A model generated the notes under the pieces. The model was not told the origin of the DNA and made no database searches. It saw only the letters and a program-made list of their open reading frames with translations. Below, one piece after another: positions 1-7,727 of a DNA stretch of 26,143 nt. The DNA lies in contig JAPYVP010000006.1 of assembly GCA_028276785.1 (NCBI GenBank), forward strand, positions 1-26,143, in the 5' to 3' direction. The position numbers and the translations under genes are program-made. This DNA is from Candidatus Nanopusillus sp. (GTDB lineage Archaea; Nanobdellota; Nanobdellia; Nanobdellales; Nanobdellaceae). Numbering within the stretch: position 1 is the stretch's first letter; each line of letters begins with the position of its first letter.

Positions 1-8
1 TTAATCTT

Positions 9-1817
9 TTATTGCAAATATTTTTTAATTTCTGCCTTTTTATATCTATCATCTATAAAGAATATTTTAACATAATCATTTGGAAATCTTATTGCTCTTC
101 CAATTACTTGTTTAATATTTATATCTTTTAATACTTCTGCTAATTCATTATAGTCCAAATTATTATCCTTAATTATTTTATATATTAATATAGATGCATT
201 TGGTGGTGGAGGATACGGTTTTCCGACAATTACAATTACCTTTAATAATGATTGATTATCTTTTACTAATTGAATTCCTTCTATAAATCTTGATCTTGCA
301 TATGTAAATATTAAATCTTTATCAGTTTTTAATATTCTATTCAATGGTTTTTCACCATCATCTAGAAATATTCTATCTTTTATATCTAATTTTTCATATA
401 TATTTATCATAAAAGAATATGAAGGAAACATATATAATTGATATTTTTCTAAATTATTTGCAATAAATTTTATATCACCTATTAAATTTTCTATATTATT
501 TTTATCATTTCTTTTTGAATATCTTGAAGAAAAATTATATAATACCTCATAATCCTTTTTCCCATATTTTATATCAACTTTAATATATTCTACATCCTTT
601 ATTTTATATAATTTTCGGAAACTTTCTTTTGTAAAATTACTTCCAGACATTAATACTACCGATCTATAATTATCAAATACTTTAATTATTTTTTCAAATT
701 TTGTTATATATCCTTCCAATTTAAATAAATTTAATATCCAAAAAATATCCTCAGAGTTTACATAATAGTATAATTTTAATATTTTATTTATATTCCATCT
801 TTTCTTTGGTAATTTAATATTATTCTTTGAAACATATCTTTTGTATGTTTCCCAATAAAATGATAAATTATCGAATAATTTTTCATTAGAATCAAATATT
901 TCTTTTAATTTATCTCTATCTACGTATATTTCTCTTGAAGATTTTTCCATTCTTTCTTTTATTAAATATATATCCCTTGTATTAAATTTCTTTGCAATTA
1001 TATTTTCTATAAATGATAATAAATCATCTGAGAATTTCATTAAATTATATCTTATTGATTCAAAATCTTGTTCAGGTATATTTAAAGCATTTCTTATAAT
1101 TTCTACTTCTTTTATTAAATCTTGAAATAATAAATTTTCTTCTTTTCTTTTTCCAATACCTTTTTCTATATATTTTCTAAATGATATTGACATAGGATTT
1201 ATAATTGATGTTAATAAATTGTGGGACTCGTCCATTATTAAAAAATCAGGTTCTCCTTCTAAGGATAATACTTCATTTAAATATTGATTAAAAACATATG
1301 GATATGTTGAAATATAAATATTTGAATCAATTTTCTTAAAAGAATGATATATACATTTTACATCTTTCTTTTTTAAATATTTTTTATATTCTATTTTTGT
1401 CAATTTAATAAAATTATAATTATATTTCTTTAATCTTTTATATAATTCTTCTGGATCATATAATGATTTTTTATATATACAATCTGCACATATTATTTCT
1501 TCTCCAGATAAATTTGATTTAAAAAATATTGGACATGTTTTCTTTTTATTTGGATATACCCTCAATATTGTATTTATTTTAAATGAATCTTCCAAATATC
1601 TTTTTATTTCTTCAGTTGTTCTTACGGCAATATGAGTTATAAAATCCTCCTTTGCTAAATAATCAGAAACTACTAATGCAATAATTGTTTTACCCGAACC
1701 TGTAGGAGAATCTAATAAAATAAATTTTCTATTTTCATTAATATAGTTTAATATTTTTTCTACAACATCAATTTGAAATGGTCTATTATTTAATATTGGA
1801 TAATATTTTTCTATCAT
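9..1817 (-). CDS. xpd: XPD/Rad3-family SF2 DNA helicase with FeS-cluster domain
   Basis: 602-aa ORF. Walker A is DSPTGSGKT and motif II is MDESHNL. Four Cys (TCP, CADC, KCIY) lie between motifs I and II, where XPD carries its 4Fe-4S insertion. A motif VI-like QVIGRAIRF is near the C-terminus. The stop codon is at 9-11, so the gene is complete. Confidence 0.8.
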   Translation of the reverse strand: MIEKYYPILNNRPFQIDVVEKILNYINENRKFILLDSPTGSGKTIIALVVSDYLAKEDFITHIAVRTTEEIKRYLEDSFKINTILRVYPNKKKTCPIFFKSNLSGEEIICADCIYKKSLYDPEELYKRLKKYNYNFIKLTKIEYKKYLKKKDVKCIYHSFKKIDSNIYISTYPYVFNQYLNEVLSLEGEPDFLIMDESHNLLTSIINPMSISFRKYIEKGIGKRKEENLLFQDLIKEVEIIRNALNIPEQDFESIRYNLMKFSDDLLSFIENIIAKKFNTRDIYLIKERMEKSSREIYVDRDKLKEIFDSNEKLFDNLSFYWETYKRYVSKNNIKLPKKRWNINKILKLYYYVNSEDIFWILNLFKLEGYITKFEKIIKVFDNYRSVVLMSGSNFTKESFRKLYKIKDVEYIKVDIKYGKKDYEVLYNFSSRYSKRNDKNNIENLIGDIKFIANNLEKYQLYMFPSYSFMINIYEKLDIKDRIFLDDGEKPLNRILKTDKDLIFTYARSRFIEGIQLVKDNQSLLKVIVIVGKPYPPPPNASILIYKIIKDNNLDYNELAEVLKDINIKQVIGRAIRFPNDYVKIFFIDDRYKKAEIKKYLQ

Positions 1818-1845
1818 TATAAATTAAAGAATATTTTATAATTTG

Positions 1846-1859
1846 AAAAGTTTAAAAAA
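1846..1859 (+). promoter_or_regulatory. BRE/TATA-like element upstream of tRNA-Phe
   Basis: AAAAG followed by TTTAAAAAA (1851-1859). The box ends 28 nt before tRNA position 1. Confidence 0.4.
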
Positions 1860-1887
1860 TAAATAATAAAAAATATTGATAATTAAA

Positions 1888-1961
1888 GGGGCGGTAGCTC
1901 AGACCGGGAGAGCGTCCGGCTGAAGACCGGAAGGTCGTGGGTTCAAATCCCACCCGCCCCA
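1888..1961 (+). tRNA. tRNA-Phe (anticodon GAA)
   Basis: Manual cloverleaf: acceptor GGGGCGG/CCGCCCC, D arm GCTC/GAGC, anticodon arm TCCGG-CTGAAGA-CCGGA, T arm GTGGG-TTCAAAT-CCCAC, discriminator A. No CCA is encoded. The gene is a GC-rich island in AT-rich DNA. Confidence 0.93.
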
Positions 1962-2063
1962 ATTCTTTGATATTATAAACAGTAATTATCGAGATATTTG
2001 TTATAGGAGAAATAATTAAATTTATTGAGAAAAGCTTTATCATACATAAAGGCACATTTTTAA

Positions 2064-2164
2064 TGCGGCGGAGGGGATTTGAACCCCTGACGGGACTAAC
2101 CCATCGGGTTTCTTACCAATTGGGGTCTTAAGCCCGACCCCTTTGACCGCTCGGGCACCGCCGC
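2064..2164 (-). tRNA. tRNA-Leu (anticodon UAA), class II with long variable arm and a 17-nt intron
   Basis: The reverse complement reads GCGGCGG TG CCC GAGCGGTCAAA GGG G TCGGG CTTAAG[ACCCCAATTGGTAAGAA]A CCCGA TGGGTTAGTCCCGTC AGGGG TTCAAAT CCCCT CCGCCGC A. The anticodon stem TCGGG/CCCGA forms only if the bracketed 17 nt are removed. No CCA is encoded. Confidence 0.88.
2110..2126 (-). other. tRNA intron at canonical position 37/38 with bulge-helix-bulge fold
   Basis: Exon CTTA (positions 32-35) pairs with intron TAAG to give a 4-bp central helix. It is flanked by two 3-nt bulges (AG|A and AA|A) that carry the splice junctions. Intron CC...GG forms the inner helix. Confidence 0.75.
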
Positions 2165-2188
2165 GTATTTTATTTTTATTACACTTCA

Positions 2189-2204
2189 TTTTTTAAATCT
2201 TTTT
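2189..2204 (-). promoter_or_regulatory. BRE/TATA-like element upstream of tRNA-Leu, possibly shared with divergent S8e
   Basis: The minus strand reads AAAAAGA TTTAAAAAA, and the box ends 24 nt before the tRNA 5' end. It is the only strong TATA-like element in the 55-nt spacer. Its TTTAAA core is also about 25 nt upstream of the S8e ATG (2220). Confidence 0.4.
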
Positions 2205-2219
2205 TATCATAAAAATAAA

Positions 2220-2639
2220 ATGGTAAATATATACAAAAAAGGAGGATTATCTGTTTATCAAGGCAGAGATTTAAGAAAAGAAAATGGTAAAATAAAATCT
2301 CCTAATAGTAAAAAAAGAAAAGCAAACTATGGAAGATATCCAATTTTAACAAAAATATCAAAAAGTAATGAAGAAGTAAGATATATATTTAGAACAAAAG
2401 GTGGAAATTATAAAGTAAAATTAAAAAGTGCATTATATGTAAATGTACTCAATCCAGAAACAAAAGAAATTAAAAGAGTAAAAATATTGGGTGTTATCAA
2501 AAACCCAAATGATAAAAACTTAGATAGAGAGAAAATAATAACTAAAAATGCTATATTAAATACTGAAATAGGAAAAGTTTTAGTAACATCAAGACCGGGT
2601 CAGGACGGGGTTATAAATGGAATATTAATAAAAGAATAG
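2220..2639 (+). CDS. rps8e: 30S ribosomal protein S8e
   Basis: 139 aa. It carries YQGRDLRK, then a basic stretch, then TKGGNYKVKL, and C-terminal VTSRPGQDGVINGILI, which is characteristic of S8e. Confidence 0.88.
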   Translation: MVNIYKKGGLSVYQGRDLRKENGKIKSPNSKKRKANYGRYPILTKISKSNEEVRYIFRTKGGNYKVKLKSALYVNVLNPETKEIKRVKILGVIKNPNDKNLDREKIITKNAILNTEIGKVLVTSRPGQDGVINGILIKE

Positions 2640-2693
2640 TTTTTAAATCAATTTATAAAATAAATTTATAAAATCTTCTTGTATATTTTGTTT

Positions 2694-2912
2694 ATGGACA
2701 TAGTAAGACCTTTAGATATAATAACACAATCAAAAGGAAAAGAAATAATAGTAGAAATGAAAAATGGTAAACAATACAAAGGTAAATTAGTAGCTTCTGA
2801 TGTTCACCCAAACATGGTATTAGAAGATGTAACAGAGCTAGATACTAATAAAAAATTACCTTGGATATTCTTAAGGGGTGACAATATATCTGTCATAAAA
2901 CCAGTTGATTAA
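2694..2912 (+). CDS. Sm-like archaeal protein (LSm/SmAP)
   Basis: Sm1-like GKLVASDVHPNMVLEDV and Sm2-like IFLRGDNISVI. I prefer the ATG at 2694 over the TTG at 2679 used by the ORF track. Confidence 0.8.
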   Translation: MDIVRPLDIITQSKGKEIIVEMKNGKQYKGKLVASDVHPNMVLEDVTELDTNKKLPWIFLRGDNISVIKPVD

Positions 2913-2940
2913 TCAATAAATTAAATCATTTTTTTATTGA
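2913..2940 (+). terminator. Weak hairpin plus T7 run after the Sm-like gene
   Basis: TCAATAAA (2913-2920) pairs with TTTATTGA (2933-2940). A run of 7 T lies at 2929-2935. Oligo-T tracts are the usual archaeal termination signal. Confidence 0.35.
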
Positions 2941-3025
2941 GTTATAAAAATGTATATGGAAATTTAATCATAATACCACAATTTTTTAATTTTTATTTTT
3001 AAATTTAATAAATTAAAAATAAAAA

Positions 3026-3277
3026 TTATACCAAATCGTCTTCAGAAATCACAACAAAATCTCCAATTGCCTTTACTGCCATAAATGGTACTAAAAATCC
3101 ATCTTTTACTTTTTCTAATCCTAATCGTTGAGCATTTTCAGTAGGATTCTTTAATATAATATTTAATACCTCTCCTGTTTTCTCTTCGAATTGTAGATCT
3201 GCAATTTCCCCCAATTTCCTACCCTTATCTGTAACAACTGGTTTGTTTAATAAGGATGATGCTTCATATCTTTCCAT
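3026..3277 (-). CDS. PRC-barrel domain protein
   Basis: 83 aa. LLNKPVVTDKGRKLGEIADLQFEEKTGEV and FVVISEDDL match the PRC-barrel pattern of small archaeal proteins. Confidence 0.65.
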   Translation of the reverse strand: MERYEASSLLNKPVVTDKGRKLGEIADLQFEEKTGEVLNIILKNPTENAQRLGLEKVKDGFLVPFMAVKAIGDFVVISEDDLV

Positions 3278-3311
3278 ATATATAAATATAGAAAATATCT
3301 AAATATAAAAT

Positions 3312-4289
3312 TTATACATCCCTAACACCATCCTCACTTATTCTAAATACAGCTTCTCTTTCAGGTAAGTGGGGTGCATCAATTAACCTAGCAATCCTAG
3401 TTCTTTCTTTACCTTTTCTCAGGAATATTCTATATGTAATTGCATGGGCCAAAACATGCCCTCCAACTGCTTGCTGATCTAAAGCAAAATAACCTTCTGG
3501 TTTTGCCATAACTTGATTTGTTACATATACTGCTAAGTTATAAACTGTAGCCAATTTCAATAGATCTCTTAAGTGTTGATTTAACTTTTGCTGCCTTTCA
3601 GCTAAATTACTTCTTCCCACATATTCTGCCCTGAAGTGTGCAGTAATAGAATCTATAACTATTAATCTTATATTTCTTCCTTCATGAATTAAACTAGGTA
3701 TTTTCTTTACAATACTTATTTGATGATCTGAATTATATGCTCTTATAAATATTATATTCTTTAAAACACTATCTGGATCTAATTCTACACCTTTTGCCAT
3801 TTGTATAATTCTTTCTGGTCTAAATGTTCCCTCTGTATCAATATAAACCGCCTGAGCCGGTTTATTTGGTTCGCTTAATCCACCATTTTCCTTTGGCAAT
3901 TGAACATTAACTGATAATTGATGACCCAATTGTGTCTTTCCAGAACCAAATTCACCAAAAGCTTCTATTAATGCTTGTGTTTCAACACCTCCTCCAAGTA
4001 AATTATCCAAAGCTTTTGAACCTGTAGTTATCCTTTCTACAGTTTTTCTTGAATTATAAAAATCATATGCAGATACAAATCCTTGTCCAACAATATTTTG
4101 AGCCATTTCTAATAATTTTCTGGCAGTTTCTTCTCCAAGTCCAGCTTTTTCTACTAATTCATGAACAGAAGACACAGCTAAATCTTCTAATGAAAATATA
4201 CCAGCTTCTCTTAATTTCTGTGCAGTTTTTGGACCTACACCTGGTAAATCTTCCAAATCTTTAATTTGTTTCTTTTCTTCCTCTTCCAT
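3312..4289 (-). CDS. radA: DNA repair and recombination protein RadA
   Basis: 325 aa. N-terminal HhH is [20 protein letters not shown], Walker A is GEFGSGKTQ, and Walker B is RLIVIDSI. The length is typical for RadA. A TATA-like TTATAAA is centred about 26 nt upstream of the ATG. Confidence 0.95.
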   Translation of the reverse strand: MEEEEKKQIKDLEDLPGVGPKTAQKLREAGIFSLEDLAVSSVHELVEKAGLGEETARKLLEMAQNIVGQGFVSAYDFYNSRKTVERITTGSKALDNLLGGGVETQALIEAFGEFGSGKTQLGHQLSVNVQLPKENGGLSEPNKPAQAVYIDTEGTFRPERIIQMAKGVELDPDSVLKNIIFIRAYNSDHQISIVKKIPSLIHEGRNIRLIVIDSITAHFRAEYVGRSNLAERQQKLNQHLRDLLKLATVYNLAVYVTNQVMAKPEGYFALDQQAVGGHVLAHAITYRIFLRKGKERTRIARLIDAPHLPEREAVFRISEDGVRDV

Positions 4290-4319
4290 TAAAAAGATAT
4301 ATAATTAAAGTTTATAATT

Positions 4320-4955
4320 TTATATAGAGTTAAATTCTCTCATTAAAATGTTTTTTATTTCTTCTTTATTTAGTGATAAATATTTTAGATAATTTTCTTC
4401 TTTTTCAGTTAATTTGAATATTTTAGATCCATGAAATCCTTTTGATTTATTATTTTCTATATCTAATATTGGCAATAGAATTGATATACCATTTTCTTCC
4501 AACAAATATTGGGATAATTTTCCTTCAGAATTTTCAGAATTTTTATCAATAAATATTTTAGATATTAAAACAACATTATTTTTGTTGTATATCTTTTCTA
4601 TTGAATCTAAAGAAGAATTACCATTTACTTTATATAAATTATATACTCTTAAATTTCCAGAATTATTGATTAAAATATTTATCTTTACTTTTCCAATTAT
4701 ATTAAATTCATTATACATCATTGAAATACCATTATTATCAATTTTTATTTTTATTTCAGAATTATTTATATTAAAAACGTTATAATAGATATTATTGTCC
4801 AAATTAATTTCAATGTATTGATCTTTATTTATATCAAATTCTTTTTCAATTATTTTATAATTGTCAAAAACTTTGTCATAATATTTTTTAAATATATTTT
4901 TAAAAAATGTTGAATCCATCTTTTTCAATCTTATCCAATATACTCTTGTCCCCAA
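4320..4955 (-). CDS. Short SufB/SufD-family protein (SufD-like, 211 aa or 198 aa from Met14)
   Basis: It lies immediately downstream of sufC and overlaps it. The C-terminus GFHGSKIFKLTEKEENYLKYLSLNKEEIKNILMREF resembles the SufB/D motif xHGATVGxxDxxQLFYLxSRGIxxxxAxxLLxxxF. The N/I/K-rich repetitive middle is compatible with the SufBD beta-helix. The start is uncertain (4955 or 4916). Confidence 0.55.
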   Translation of the reverse strand: MGTRVYWIRLKKMDSTFFKNIFKKYYDKVFDNYKIIEKEFDINKDQYIEINLDNNIYYNVFNINNSEIKIKIDNNGISMMYNEFNIIGKVKINILINNSGNLRVYNLYKVNGNSSLDSIEKIYNKNNVVLISKIFIDKNSENSEGKLSQYLLEENGISILLPILDIENNKSKGFHGSKIFKLTEKEENYLKYLSLNKEEIKNILMREFNSI

Positions 4956-5589
4956 TATATTTTACTTTTCCATCAATTAATATTATTACTTTATCAACAT
5001 CTAATTCTCTAGCAAATTTTAAATTATGGGAAATTAATATTATCATTTTATTTTCTCTTTTAAATTGACCTAAATAGTATTTTAACTTATTTAAAAATTC
5101 AATATCTACTCCAGAATCTATTTCATCAAATATAATAATCTTTCTATTTAATAGTATTGATAATAATAATGAAAATCTCTTTTTTTCTCCTCCGGATAAA
5201 TTATAATTAACCCCTCTATCTAGAAAATCTTCCGGTAATCCTAAATCTTTTCCCAAATTTAATATCTTTTTTTCATCAAAATTATCCAAAATATACATTA
5301 ATAAAGTTCTTGTTCTAATATTTTCTATTTCAACAGAATCTTGAAAAGAATAAAATATGTGTTTTGCTATGTTTTCAGTTTTTTCATTTGTTATATCTAT
5401 ATTGTCTAAAATTATTTTTCCATCCTTTTTTAAACTTTCATCGTTTAATATTGCTTTTGCCAATGTTGTTTTTCCAGAACCATTTGGACCAAATACTAAA
5501 TATAATTTCCCATATTCAAATTCCAAATTTATGTTTTCTAATATTTTTTTATTATCAGAATATACATTTAATCCCTCTATTTTTAGCAT
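4900..5589 (-). CDS. sufC: FeS-assembly ATPase SufC
   Basis: 229 aa. Walker A is GPNGSGKTT, the ABC signature is LSGGEKKR, and the H-loop is ISHN. Walker B plus D-loop, IIIFDEIDSGVDI, is the SufC-typical DExDSGLDI form. No transmembrane partner is present. Confidence 0.85.
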   Translation of the reverse strand: MLKIEGLNVYSDNKKILENINLEFEYGKLYLVFGPNGSGKTTLAKAILNDESLKKDGKIILDNIDITNEKTENIAKHIFYSFQDSVEIENIRTRTLLMYILDNFDEKKILNLGKDLGLPEDFLDRGVNYNLSGGEKKRFSLLLSILLNRKIIIFDEIDSGVDIEFLNKLKYYLGQFKRENKMIILISHNLKFARELDVDKVIILIDGKVKYIGDKSILDKIEKDGFNIF

Positions 5590-5628
5590 TTAAAAAATAT
5601 ACCTTTAACTCTTATAAATATAACTATG

Positions 5629-6150
5629 TTATACCTGCCTAAAAGATTTAAATCCGGGAGTCAAACCTCTTAAAGCTCTCTTCCTATTCTTACTATTTAA
5701 CAACCAAGAATATTCTTCCCTACTATATACATTTGGATTATTTGGATCCGCCAATATAACTTCATACCACTTATATTTACCATCCTCCCCAACATAATAT
5801 GAATTTATTACTTCCAAATTTGGATGTTTTCTTTGTGCTCTTTGTTCTGCAATTGCCCTCAAACTAATATTTAATGACCTATAGTAATAATAACTTTTTG
5901 TTTTAACATGCCTTGGCATATCTTTTCTTTTTCTCCATCCTTTCTTTACTCTTACCCTAACTAATACAATCCCATTTATTGGTTTCCATCCTAACTTTCT
6001 GGCTCTATCTAATCTTGTTGGTCTTTCTATTCTAATAATTTCGGGTTCCCTTCTCCATTTAATTAATCTATCCTTAACTAATTTCTTTAAATTTTCATCT
6101 TTAAATCTCTTTTTCCATGTTTCAAAAATATATTTATATGCCGATTTCAT
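5629..6150 (-). CDS. rpl15e: 50S ribosomal protein L15e
   Basis: 173 aa. It carries YKYIFETWKK, then WRREPEIIRIERPTRLDRARKLGWK, then GIVLVRVRVKKG, typical of L15e. Confidence 0.9.
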   Translation of the reverse strand: MKSAYKYIFETWKKRFKDENLKKLVKDRLIKWRREPEIIRIERPTRLDRARKLGWKPINGIVLVRVRVKKGWRKRKDMPRHVKTKSYYYYRSLNISLRAIAEQRAQRKHPNLEVINSYYVGEDGKYKWYEVILADPNNPNVYSREEYSWLLNSKNRKRALRGLTPGFKSFRQV

Positions 6151-6404
6151 TGTTTGTTTTGATTATCTTGTTTTTGCTCTTGCTTATTTTCCTCACTAAA
6201 TTCTTTTTGTACCTCCTTTAATTCTCTATTTAATTTTATATCTTCATATCCAATCCATAATATTAGTACGCCCAATATTAGTAATATTAATCCAGCCAAT
6301 CCTTTTATTACTAATATAGTTTCTCCTAACCAATAGTATATTAAGAATCCACCTATTACCAACAATATTAATCCTAACAAACTTTCTTTTATCCAATCCT
6401 CCAT
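6147..6404 (-). CDS. Small membrane protein (2 predicted TM helices, charged Q/K/E tail), unknown function
   Basis: 85 aa. Two hydrophobic segments (LLGLILLVIGGFLIYYWL and GLAGLILLILGVLILWIGY). Its stop overlaps the L15e start as ATGA. Confidence 0.5.
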   Translation of the reverse strand: MEDWIKESLLGLILLVIGGFLIYYWLGETILVIKGLAGLILLILGVLILWIGYEDIKLNRELKEVQKEFSEENKQEQKQDNQNKQ

Positions 6405-6445
6405 TCTTTATATTTTGTTATAAATAGTTTTTTAAATTATATATT

Positions 6446-7339
6446 ATGCATGAGATTATAGAAGAATTACGTAAATTGATTAATACTATTCCATATGGTA
6501 AAGTAACAACATTTAAAATATTATCAGAGTATTTAGGGGATATATATTCAATAAAATTTATTATGAATTATTATAAAAAAATAGATGGACCATGGTGGAG
6601 AGTTGTAAATTCTGATGGGGTAATAAATAATAAAATACAAGAAGAATTATTAAAAAAAGAAGGAATAGAAATTATAAATAATAAAATAGTAAATTTAGAA
6701 AAATACTTATTTAATAATTTTAATATAAAAGAAAAAATATTAAAAAAATATAGAAAGATTCAGGAAGAATTAGCTAACAAAATTATTTTAGAAGATAATA
6801 TAAATGATATAAATTTAATTGGAGGAGTTGATTTAAGTTATAAAAATGATATTGGCTATGTAGTATATGTGATATTAGATAAAAATCTAAAATTAATAAA
6901 TAAATACATATTCAAAGAAAAAATAGAATTTCCATATATACCATCTTTTTTAGCTTTTAGAGAGGGAGAACCAATTATAAAAACATTTAATAAAATAAAA
7001 GAAAAAATAGATATATTATTTGTAAATGGGCATGGAATTTCTCACCCATTTAAATTGGGTTTAGCATCATATGTTGGGGTAAACCTAAATATACCTACGA
7101 TTGGGATAACAAAAAAATTATTATCTGGAAATATTATTGATAATAAGATTATAATAAATAATGAAGTAAGGGGATATAAAATAGAAAAATTTGGAAAAAT
7201 AATATATGCTTCACCTGGAAATTTAATATCTTTAGAAAAAACAAAAGAATTATCAGAAAAATATTGGATAGGTGGGAAATATCCAGAACCAATAAGATTA
7301 GCAGATATGATTAGTAAAAAAATTAAATATATGGAATAA
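6446..7339 (+). CDS. nfi: Fusion protein: alkyltransferase-like (MGMT DNA-binding fold, no acceptor Cys) plus endonuclease V
   Basis: Residues 1-75 (IPYGKVTTFKILSEYLG, then GPWWRVVNSDG, then LLKKEGIEI) match the MGMT C-terminal domain, with PCHRV replaced by PWWRV. Residues from about 110 to 297 (GGVDLSY, FPYIPSFLAFREGEP, LFVNGHGISHPFKLGLASYVGVNLNIPTIGITKKLL) match EndoV. Confidence 0.8.
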   Translation: MHEIIEELRKLINTIPYGKVTTFKILSEYLGDIYSIKFIMNYYKKIDGPWWRVVNSDGVINNKIQEELLKKEGIEIINNKIVNLEKYLFNNFNIKEKILKKYRKIQEELANKIILEDNINDINLIGGVDLSYKNDIGYVVYVILDKNLKLINKYIFKEKIEFPYIPSFLAFREGEPIIKTFNKIKEKIDILFVNGHGISHPFKLGLASYVGVNLNIPTIGITKKLLSGNIIDNKIIINNEVRGYKIEKFGKIIYASPGNLISLEKTKELSEKYWIGGKYPEPIRLADMISKKIKYME

Positions 7340-7727
7340 CTTTTTTACTTACTTCTCTAAATTTATCTATCTTATAATAAAGCGTGGGAGTAATTATCGA
7401 ATATGAATATCCTAAAACCCCATATAATAAATGATCTACCCTATAATCATTATTTAACAACCCATATAATCCTAGTAAACATAAAAATATTCCCGTATTT
7501 AATAAATATGATCTATAAAGTTCTTCTCTTGTTTCTGGAAATGAATATCTTAAAGATGCTTTTATATATTTTCTTAAACTTTCTGGAATAATTTTTTCAA
7601 TAAACTTTGATAGTTTTAATTTTTTACTTTCATCATCAAAAAATATATCCATACTTCTCTCTTTTATTTTTTCTCTATTTTCTGTTATTTTGTATTTAAC
7701 TTTATCTATAAGATCTAGCAAGGTCAT
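7323..7727 (-). CDS. Hypothetical protein with C-terminal hydrophobic segments
   Basis: 134-aa ORF. Its ATG shares one base with the aIF5A stop codon (TAATG). I recognise no family motif. Confidence 0.45.
   Translation of the reverse strand: MTLLDLIDKVKYKITENREKIKERSMDIFFDDESKKLKLSKFIEKIIPESLRKYIKASLRYSFPETREELYRSYLLNTGIFLCLLGLYGLLNNDYRVDHLLYGVLGYSYSIITPTLYYKIDKFREVSKKVIPYI

Noticed and set aside
1852-2055. 67-aa ORF on the minus strand in the ORF track
   Set aside because: It runs antisense through tRNA-Phe and into the tRNA spacer. Its GC-rich middle is simply the tRNA read in a protein frame, so it is spurious.
1962-2063. 102-nt spacer between the convergent tRNA-Phe and tRNA-Leu, screened for an sRNA, a tRNA half or an integration remnant
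   Set aside because: It is AT-rich with no GC-rich stem, no complete C/D or H/ACA box set (only a degenerate AUGAUAA on the minus strand), no direct repeats of tRNA 3' ends and no integrase nearby.
2241-2245. GGAGG inside the 5' end of the S8e ORF, as a possible Shine-Dalgarno sequence for a shorter S8e starting near LSVYQGR
   Set aside because: No ATG, GTG or TTG lies at a suitable distance downstream in frame. The motif simply encodes Gly-Gly.
4900-4955. 56-nt overlap between sufC and the SufD-like ORF, as a possible frameshift or fusion
   Set aside because: An in-frame ATG at 4916 (Met14) reduces the overlap to 17 nt, which is ordinary for this genome. Both frames are intact.
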